A stretch of DNA of 6,458 nucleotides from Okeania sp. (GCF_035285525.1 NZ_JAYKGW010000057.1:1-6458), one strand, 5' to 3'. Positions 1 to 4,989 are shown, numbered from the stretch's first letter. The notes: generated by a model not told the origin, from the sequence alone. A program made the numbers and translations.

Positions 1-277
1 CAGTTTCAGTTTTAGATAACTCTTTTTCTGAAACATTATCAATATTATCAGAAGTTCCTGGATAAAATTCTAAACGAAGTTTTACTTTCCCTTTTCTCCA
101 ATAAGAACCAGGTTTCAATAATTGACATTCTAGCCCTTCTTCAAATAAATTTTCTGATTCTAATCTGGTTAAAATCATAGTTATATATTCACTAACTTTA
201 AATGTGCATTGAAACATTAAAAGACTAGCTCCAGACAAAACATCATCATTCTCTAATAGATGAACTTCAGTTTCCAT
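1..277 (-). CDS. KGK domain-containing protein (cyanobacteria-restricted family of unknown function); N-terminal part only, the 3' end runs off the left edge
   Basis: Absent from the supplied ORF track because it has no stop inside the window. The reverse complement from ATG 277..275 is open to position 1: METEVHLLENDDVLSGASLLMFQCTFKVSEYITMILTRLESENLFEEGLECQLLKPGSYWRKGKVKLRLEFYPGTSDNIDNVSEKELSKTET... An in-frame TAG lies 21 nt upstream of the ATG. The block G-x-x-CQ-L-LK-x-G-x-x-W-x-KGKV-x-L-x-x-EF-x-P matches my recollection of the Pfam KGK domain signature. Confidence 0.7.
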   Translation of the reverse strand, partial: METEVHLLENDDVLSGASLLMFQCTFKVSEYITMILTRLESENLFEEGLECQLLKPGSYWRKGKVKLRLEFYPGTSDNIDNVSEKELSKTET

Positions 278-299
278 AATAATAATTATCTTAGACTAA

Positions 300-334
300 G
301 GGAACAGGGAACAGGGAACAGGGAATAGGAAAAA
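300..334. repeat. Heptamer tandem array GGGAACA x3, then GGGAATA and GGAAAAA (STRR-like)
   Basis: Direct reading: gggaaca gggaaca gggaaca gggaata ggaaaaa. On the minus strand this is TTCCCTG-type and ends about 22 nt upstream of the KGK ATG. Confidence 0.9.
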
Positions 335-465
335 AGTATAGCGCTGTGCTGCTGTGCAACAGGCAAAAGGCAACAGACTATAGGGAGAATAAATTGCTTA
401 TCACATAATACTTTTAGCTATTGGACACCTCCTGCAATTTATAAATATTAAGTGCGCACATTGCT

Positions 466-585
466 ATATTTTGGCAAATATTGAGATGAGATACAGCCTA
501 TTATGAGGTATATCTATCGCGGGCAAGATGCCCGCACTACAATAATTTTACTACTCACGCCTTGTATCTCATTTGTCCAAAATAT
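466..585. repeat. About 120-nt long imperfect hairpin / MITE-like element A with a GC-rich apical stem-loop
   Basis: Outer arms ATATTTTGG (466-474) and CCAAAATAT (577-585). Inner arms ATGAGATACA (486-495) and TGTATCTCAT (563-572). Apical perfect 6-bp stem GCGGGC (519-524) / GCCCGC (530-535) with loop aagat. No ORF. Confidence 0.6.
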
Positions 586-866
586 GCTGTAAATCTTAAT
601 CATTGAAGAGTTATAAAATTAAGAAAAAGGATAAATAAAGAAAATTCTCTTCAACATTTTAACCCTGCTACTGAATACCCATATTTCATTCTAGAATCAA
701 GTGAGAATTTTACTAGCTTTTAAAGATTGGTTGATATCTACTTTAATCTTTAAAAAGACATCTTTTTGTTCATGTACAAAAAGTCATAAATTAGAAGGAA
801 ATAGAACTACTACTAAAGTAGGAAATACTGTTAACTGAATAATTGATAACTGAAATGATTTGGGTG

Positions 867-989
867 CATCTCATATTTACCAAAATACTTTTTTCCTCCA
901 TACCTATTCATACTTCTTCCCTGTTTCCTGTTCCCTGTTCCCTGTTCCCTAAAAGCGATAAGTTTTTGGCTTTATGCAAAATTGAGATG
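867..989. repeat. About 120-nt long imperfect hairpin element B, a paralogue of element A, enclosing a heptamer array
   Basis: Arms CATCTCA (867-873) / TGAGATG (983-989) and CCAAAA (880-885) / TTTTGG (964-969). The arm sequence CATCTCATATTTACCAAAATA resembles the element A arm TATCTCATTTGTCCAAAATA (566-585). The outer arm ends 17 nt from the ccsA stop codon (1007-1009). Confidence 0.55.
917..950. repeat. Heptamer tandem array TTCCCTG / TTTCCTG, about 5 units (STRR-like)
   Basis: ttccctg tttcctg ttccctg ttccctg ttccct. Inverted relative to the 300-334 array. Both arrays share the flank ATACTTTTTTCCT (884-896 on +; 329-341 on -). Confidence 0.9.
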
Positions 990-1006
990 AACCCAATGAT
1001 TTTCTA

Positions 1007-2062
1007 TCAGAAAAACCAACCATAAGAATGTAAACCTTTACCTAAAAGATTTACTCCTAAATAACATACCCAAACTACAGCAAATCCAGTAGCAGCTAAA
1101 ATCGCTGGTTTTCGTCCTTGCCATCCTTTGGTAATCCGAGCATGGAGATAGGCCGCAAATACTAACCAAGTAATCAAAGCCCAAGTTTCTTTCGGATCCC
1201 AACTCCAATATGAACCCCAAGCTTCATTTGCCCAAACAGCTCCAGAAATAATTCCAATAGTCAATAGTGGAAACCCTAAGCCAATGATACGATAACTAAT
1301 ATTATCTAGAATTTGAGCAATATTTAAACGCTCTGGTAAAAGGGTTATTTCTGCTTCAACTGTTTCCTTAACTTGGGTCTTTTCTAATACCGCAGTTTGA
1401 CTATGACCATTTTGTGTTGATATGGGAAAAGGTTGATGATTATTCTTAATTTCTTTTAGGTTCCCTCCCTCTGTTTGTAACTGCAAATTTTTCGAGAGCT
1501 TCACAAAATGATTATTTCTATTAGTACGAGTGCCAAAAGAACTACCACTAAGTTCTACTTTTTGGCCACTGGTGATAATTAGAAAAGCGATCGCCAATAA
1601 AGACCCCACCATCAGAGTTGCATAACTGACCATCATTACACTAACGTGCATCATTAACCAATTAGATTTTAGAGCAGGGACTAGAGGTTCGGAGAGCTGC
1701 ATATTGGAGGGCAAAGTTAAGGCAGCAAAAGCAGAAATACCCATAGCAAGTGGAGAAGTAAAGACTCCTACCAAGGGACTACCACTTTTATGTTCGGCGA
1801 TGAGGTGAATAGTGGTAAGTCCCCAAGTTAGAAAAAATAGAGATTCGTATAAATTACTGATCGGGAAATAACCAGCTTCTAACCAACGAGCGCCTAGTAA
1901 TGTTGCTATACAGAGATTAGCGATCGCCATTCCTGTGGAACCCAAAATTGAGAGATAGGGAATACGAGGAAAAGCAGCAGCTACCCAATAAATGAGCATT
2001 GTGGCAAATAAAATAGCAAATGAGATATTGTCCAATGAGTTTTGGAGTTTGACTAAATCCAT
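1007..2062 (-). CDS. ccsA: Cytochrome c biogenesis protein CcsA (system II heme-handling subunit)
   Basis: 351-aa ORF with ATG start. Polytopic membrane protein carrying the tryptophan-rich WWD-type motif [13 protein letters not shown], flanking conserved His residues and a C-terminal ...[11 protein letters not shown] typical of CcsA/ResC. Two HIP1 octamers lie inside it. Confidence 0.9.
   Translation of the reverse strand: MDLVKLQNSLDNISFAILFATMLIYWVAAAFPRIPYLSILGSTGMAIANLCIATLLGARWLEAGYFPISNLYESLFFLTWGLTTIHLIAEHKSGSPLVGVFTSPLAMGISAFAALTLPSNMQLSEPLVPALKSNWLMMHVSVMMVSYATLMVGSLLAIAFLIITSGQKVELSGSSFGTRTNRNNHFVKLSKNLQLQTEGGNLKEIKNNHQPFPISTQNGHSQTAVLEKTQVKETVEAEITLLPERLNIAQILDNISYRIIGLGFPLLTIGIISGAVWANEAWGSYWSWDPKETWALITWLVFAAYLHARITKGWQGRKPAILAATGFAVVWVCYLGVNLLGKGLHSYGWFF
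1587..1594. repeat. HIP1 octamer GCGATCGC
   Basis: Exact GCGATCGC inside ccsA. HIP1 is a hallmark palindrome of many cyanobacterial genomes. Confidence 0.9.
1920..1927. repeat. HIP1 octamer GCGATCGC
   Basis: Exact GCGATCGC inside ccsA. Confidence 0.9.
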
Positions 2063-2176
2063 TAATTTTTATCCGTATATTATGTATTTCAGCTTACATT
2101 GTGGATTAATCCTAAATTAGGTTGTAATATTTTATCATAGGAGTTTGGAGACCAAACCCCTACAGTTTTTTTGGGA

Positions 2177-2213
2177 GTTTGGGTTTGGAGACCAAACCCA
2201 AACATTTTTTTTT
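2177..2213 (+). terminator. Intrinsic-terminator-like stem-loop (12-bp perfect stem, 3-nt loop, T9)
   Basis: GTTTGGGTTTGG (2177-2188), aga, CCAAACCCAAAC (2192-2203), a, TTTTTTTTT (2205-2213). The T-run follows the stem only on the + strand. No + strand gene lies upstream, so the function is unclear. Confidence 0.55.
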
Positions 2214-2217
2214 GGGA

Positions 2218-2253
2218 GTTTGGGTTTGGAGACCAAACCCAAACATTTTTTTT
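2218..2253 (+). terminator. Intrinsic-terminator-like stem-loop, second perfect copy (12-bp stem, T8)
   Basis: GTTTGGGTTTGG (2218-2229), aga, CCAAACCCAAAC (2233-2244), a, T8 (2246-2253). Confidence 0.55.
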
Positions 2254-2396
2254 GGATATATCAATATTTATTAAAAATTAATTTATGAAGTAGTTAGAAC
2301 TTACACACCCAAATCAGAAAACAAGTTTATTGCCGTAATTATTGTTTTTCAAATTACTAAATTTCCTTCATCAACCTGCTTTCTGTATAAATGAAA

Positions 2397-2425
2397 TTGA
2401 CTAGATTAAAATAGTATGATATTGT
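2397..2425 (+). promoter_or_regulatory. Candidate sigma70-type promoter for the glycosyltransferase gene
   Basis: TTGACT (2397-2402), 17-nt spacer, TATTGT (2420-2425), about 90 nt upstream of ATG 2516. Hexamer match only, in an AT-rich background. Confidence 0.3.
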
Positions 2426-2476
2426 ATCAGTAAAATTACTAAAAAATACTATAAGTATTCCCTGCGGAATGTTGCG

Positions 2477-2511
2477 TTCCTATTCCCTATTCCCTGTTCC
2501 CTCTTCCCTCT
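2477..2511 (+). repeat. Degenerate heptamer array TTCCTAT / TCCCTAT / TCCCTGT / TCCCTCT / TCCCTCT abutting the glycosyltransferase start codon
   Basis: ttcctat tccctat tccctgt tccctct tccctct, then aaaa-ATG (2516). Preceded by the small hairpin ATTCC-ctgc-GGAAT (2457-2470). Confidence 0.85.
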
Positions 2512-2515
2512 AAAA

Positions 2516-3670
2516 ATGAAAAATATTTTATTTGTTCTGTACGAAGATTTCCACTCTAATAGTGCTCTTCATGTGCATCATTTTGCGAATAATTTAGTTG
2601 AACTTGGTTTAGACTGCGCTGTAGCTGTACCAAGAAATAAACACACAGTTTCTCTAGTAGGAGAAAACTTAACAAATTTATATCAAGTGACAGAATATGG
2701 AGAATTTTATCGCTTGAATGAATGCTTTAAAAATCAGAAAGGACCAGATGTTGTGCATGTTTGGACTCCTAGAGAAGTTACTAGAAATTACTGCCGAAAA
2801 CTCCGAAAAGCTTATGACTTTCAATTAGTAATTCATCTAGAAGATAATGAGGAATATGTTCTCGAAAAATACTTAAATAAACCTTTTTCAGAAATTGCTA
2901 ATGCTAATGGTTCCCTAAACATTCCCGAAAATGTTTCTCATCCCCAAAGATATAAAGAATTTTTAGCAACTGCCAATGGGGTAACAGTTATTATAGAAAA
3001 GTTAAAAGAATTTGTACCTAATAACGTACCGACTTTAACTTTATGGCCTGGTGTAGACACCGAGCATTTTTCTCAGAGAAAACCTAATCCAGAAAGAGCA
3101 AAACAATTGGGTGTTCCTGATGATAATATAGTCTTTTCTTACACGGGAAATGTTCATGCTGCTAATACTGAAGAAGTGAAAAGTTTATATTTAGCAGTAG
3201 CATTATTGAACCGAGAAGGTCAACGGACAACTTTAATTAGAACTGGTAGAGATTTTGAGAATTTTTTGGGAGATGATGATAGTTGGGCGAGGCAATATGC
3301 AATTGAATTAGGATATGTAGACCGGAGTTTAATGCCAGAAATTTTGGCTTTAGCAAATGTGTTAGTTCAACCAGGTAAACCTGATAAATTTAATGATTAT
3401 CGTTTTCCATGTAAATTACCAGAATTTTTAGCGATGGGTAAACCTGTGGTTTTGCCAGCTACTAATATTGGTTTAGAGATGGAAAATGAGAAAGATGCTT
3501 TGGTTTTACCTGCGGTTGATGCGACTCATATTGTTGATTCTGTTACTAAATTATTGCAGGATAAATCTTTATATAAAAAGTTAAGTGATGGTTCTATTAA
3601 TTTTGCCAAAACTCACCTTAGTTGGCAGAAAAATACAAAATTATTGCTATCTTTTTATAAAGAGATTTGA
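2516..3670 (+). CDS. Glycosyltransferase, GT-B fold (family 4 / 'group 1'-like)
   Basis: 384-aa ORF with ATG start. The N-terminal half has a Rossmann-like beta-alpha pattern (KNILFVLYE...VHHFANNLVELGLDCAVAV). The C-terminal half reads ...IVFSYTGNV...LANVLVQPGKPDKFNDYRFPCKLPEFLAMGKPVVLPATNIG...DALVL, which matches the nucleotide-sugar-binding region of GT4-type enzymes (K-x-x-E-[FY]-LA-x-G-K-P-V-V). Acceptor and donor cannot be inferred. Confidence 0.75.
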   Translation: MKNILFVLYEDFHSNSALHVHHFANNLVELGLDCAVAVPRNKHTVSLVGENLTNLYQVTEYGEFYRLNECFKNQKGPDVVHVWTPREVTRNYCRKLRKAYDFQLVIHLEDNEEYVLEKYLNKPFSEIANANGSLNIPENVSHPQRYKEFLATANGVTVIIEKLKEFVPNNVPTLTLWPGVDTEHFSQRKPNPERAKQLGVPDDNIVFSYTGNVHAANTEEVKSLYLAVALLNREGQRTTLIRTGRDFENFLGDDDSWARQYAIELGYVDRSLMPEILALANVLVQPGKPDKFNDYRFPCKLPEFLAMGKPVVLPATNIGLEMENEKDALVLPAVDATHIVDSVTKLLQDKSLYKKLSDGSINFAKTHLSWQKNTKLLLSFYKEI

Positions 3671-3682
3671 TAATTATAGTAA

Positions 3683-3748
3683 AAGCCTTAATTTACCAAT
3701 GAATCATGAATAATTGATAATTAGGGCTTGTTGAATAAGTCTTTTTTT
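3683..3748 (+). terminator. Possible weak terminator of the glycosyltransferase gene
   Basis: 11-bp stem AAGCCTTAATT (3683-3693) / AATTAGGGCTT (3719-3729), with one G-U pair and a 25-nt loop. T7 (3742-3748) lies 12 nt after the stem, so the geometry is non-canonical. Confidence 0.3.
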
Positions 3749-3861
3749 GAAGTTAGAGAGTAGGGAGTTAGTAGGGTTATAGAAGAGCTGGTCATAAAGA
3801 AAAAAGAAAAGAATAGAGTCTTAATTTTTCTCCCATAGCTATAGATAAATAGTTATTTACC

Positions 3862-4010
3862 AAAAAAAAGAGGTATAAAGCCTCCCCTGCTTCGGGGATG
3901 AAAAAAATTCAACACGGTTCCCGATAAATCAGTATTTCAAGCCTCCGAATTTATTCGGTGGTTCACTCTCTACTGATAACTGAAATGACCCCGAAAATCT
4001 GGTACTTTTT
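3862..4010. ncRNA. Candidate structured RNA (twin AAGCCTCC hairpin modules); strand and function unknown
   Basis: Module 1 is AAGCCTCC at 3878-3885 with stem CCCC (3884-3887) / GGGG (3894-3897). Module 2, 61 nt later, is AAGCCTCC at 3939-3946 with stem CCtCCGAAT (3942-3950) / ATTCGGtGG (3953-3961). A possible long-range helix pairs TTCGGGG (3891-3897) with CCCCGAA (3989-3995). An A8 run (3862-3869) followed by GAGG-tataaag-CCTC reads as a weak hairpin plus U8 on the minus strand. No ORF of 60 aa or more in 3671-4327. Confidence 0.25.
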
Positions 4011-4327
4011 CTAGACTTAAAGTAAGTTTCTCAAACATTTATTTCTAATTAATTGTTTTGATATTTAATTCAGTAAGCCCTCATTAACTCATTAATTAAG
4101 AGATATAGGAATAGAATTTTATTCAGGTCAAAAATATTGCTATTTTTTGGGAATAGGTTGACAAATAATTAGTTAATGAATGGGTATTATAGAGTTCCAG
4201 AGTTTATTTCTAGTTTTTTTAATTGTTAGTTACAACATAAACGCGAATTTCTATAATTTTAATTATTAATTATGTTATGAACTCTAGGAAGTAAGGTGAG
4301 GAGCAAAATCTGAAAAAATTAATTAAA

Positions 4328-4687
4328 TCATGATTCCATTTCTGTTGGTTTTAGCAAGATATCTATTCCTTTTAATATCTCTTCTACTCTCTCCTGTGAA
4401 AGAGTACCTATTTTATCTGTAAGTTGAGATTTTTCAACTGTGAATATTCGGGATATATTCACAACTCTTTGGTCTGGTAAGTTAGCCTCACCCGGTGACA
4501 AGACTATATTACCAGGAACCGCAGCAAGTTTCAAATTAGAACCTAGACTACAAACAACAACAGTGTTAATCAAACTAAAATTAAAAACATTATTTTGAAT
4601 GACAACATGAGGATGTCTATAACTAGGTTGAGAACCAGATGCTTCACCTAATTCTATCCAGAATATATCGCCCTGATTAATTAACAC
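4328..4687 (-). CDS. Type II toxin-antitoxin system toxin, PemK/MazF family (endoribonuclease-type)
   Basis: 119-aa ORF with GTG start (4687..4685). The N-terminus (M)LINQGDIFWIELGEASGSQPSYRHPHVVIQNNVFN...VVVCSLGSN...PGNIVL...LPDQRVVNISRIFTVEKSQL follows the MazF/PemK pattern RGDI[YW]xVxL...G.E..G.RP.[VL][IV][IV]QN...V.[VI]...T[ST]...P..V.[LI].......S.[VI]...Q[IL]RT[IV]DK..L. It overlaps the upstream antitoxin gene by 7 nt. Confidence 0.85.
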   Translation of the reverse strand: MLINQGDIFWIELGEASGSQPSYRHPHVVIQNNVFNFSLINTVVVCSLGSNLKLAAVPGNIVLSPGEANLPDQRVVNISRIFTVEKSQLTDKIGTLSQERVEEILKGIDILLKPTEMES

Positions 4688-4935
4688 TCGTCTTCTATTA
4701 CACTCCTATGATTTTCAGTTATGTTACCTATTGATTTTGATGTTTCAGTATCCGAAATATCTCCATAGGCAGCATTTATTTTTTCTAGTAATATTCGATT
4801 TTGATGCCGACGGATAAATTCTTCTAAAGCAATGGCAATTAAACGACTTCTCGAAATTTTCATTTCTGCCGCTATTGCCTCCGCTTGTTCAAACAGATAC
4901 TCTTGAAGTGAGATTGCAGTTTTGACAGTGGCCAT
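4681..4935 (-). CDS. Ribbon-helix-helix (CopG/MetJ-like) antitoxin partner of the MazF-like toxin
   Basis: 84-aa ORF with ATG start. The N-terminal TVKTAISLQEYLFEQAEAIAAEMKISRSRLIAIALEEFIRRHQ has the beta-strand / helix / helix RHH layout, followed by an acidic, probably disordered tail. Positioned upstream of the toxin with overlapping reading frames. Confidence 0.75.
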   Translation of the reverse strand: MATVKTAISLQEYLFEQAEAIAAEMKISRSRLIAIALEEFIRRHQNRILLEKINAAYGDISDTETSKSIGNITENHRSVIEDEC

Positions 4936-4938
4936 ATA

Positions 4939-4968
4939 ATTATACTTTGACTTTTCTGTTAGTATAAT
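4939..4968. promoter_or_regulatory. Candidate antitoxin operator (8-bp inverted repeat overlapping the -10 box)
   Basis: ATTATACT (4939-4946) and AGTATAAT (4961-4968) are perfect reverse complements separated by 14 nt. The repeat spans the -10 element to the start codon. RHH antitoxins typically autoregulate through such repeats. The sequence is AT-only, so chance is possible. Confidence 0.35.
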
Positions 4969-4989
4969 CAGTGGTCATATTAATGTCAA
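4961..4989 (-). promoter_or_regulatory. Near-consensus promoter of the TA operon
   Basis: Minus strand: TTGACA (4989..4984), exactly 17 nt, TATACT (4966..4961). This lies 26 nt upstream of the antitoxin ATG (4935). Confidence 0.55.

Larger units (their letters stand above)
2140..2256 (+). repeat. Tandem array of three hairpin-plus-T-run units: one 33-nt variant and two near-identical 41/40-nt units
   Basis: Unit A 2140-2172 is GGAGTTTGG-aga-CCAAACCCC, then tacag and T7. Unit B 2173-2213 and unit C 2214-2253 are gggaGTTTGGGTTTGG-aga-CCAAACCCAAACa followed by T9 and T8. The array trails off in 'gga' at 2254-2256. Confidence 0.9.

Noticed and set aside
453-460. GC-rich 8-bp palindrome GTGCGCAC next to element A
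   Set aside because: It is a single short palindrome. It may be a restriction or methylation site, but nothing in the window supports a function.
843-1025. 60-aa + strand ORF from the track (MITEMIWVHLIF...SSLFPVPCSLFPK...)
   Set aside because: It starts at TTG, reads straight through the long-hairpin arm and the TTCCCTG heptamer array (which produces the SLFPVPCSLFP repeat), and ends overlapping the 3' end of ccsA on the other strand. There is no RBS and no recognisable family. Almost certainly spurious.
1038-1220. 60-aa minus-strand ORF from the track
   Set aside because: It lies entirely inside ccsA in a different frame of the same strand. ccsA has unmistakable family motifs there (the WWD region), so this is a shadow ORF.
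1313-1570. Long hydrophilic insert in CcsA (about residues 165-250, Q/N/T/K-rich)
   Set aside because: The loop between the N-terminal and C-terminal membrane blocks of CcsA is variable in length and sequence among cyanobacteria and plastids. The reading frame is intact and the flanking motifs are normal, so I do not regard it as an anomaly.
2140-2256. CRISPR array
   Set aside because: The units are contiguous with no spacers. Each unit is a perfect palindrome plus a T-run, there are only about 3 units, and no cas genes are present. This is a tandem hairpin repeat, not CRISPR.
3911-3975. tRNA or tRNA-like element, suggested by GGTTCCCGA (3916-3924) and GGTTCACTC (3960-3968) T-loop-like strings
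   Set aside because: I could not build an acceptor stem, D-arm or anticodon arm around either string, and there is no cloverleaf. The GGTTC strings seem to be part of the duplicated 61-nt module.
3898-4015. Two 9-codon ORFs (MKKIQHGSR at 3898-3927; MTPKIWYFF at 3986-4015) as possible leader peptides
   Set aside because: Both are too short, lack an RBS and have no regulatory codon runs. They cannot be distinguished from chance.
4330-4422. 30-codon hydrophobic + strand ORF (MIPFLLVLARYLFLLISLLLSPVKEYLFYL) antisense to the toxin 3' end, reminiscent of type I toxin peptides
   Set aside because: The only SD-like string (AAGGTGAGGAG, 4293-4303) is about 27 nt from the ATG, which is too far. Antisense frames of K/E/I-rich coding sequence readily give L/F-rich pseudo-peptides. 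There is no independent support.
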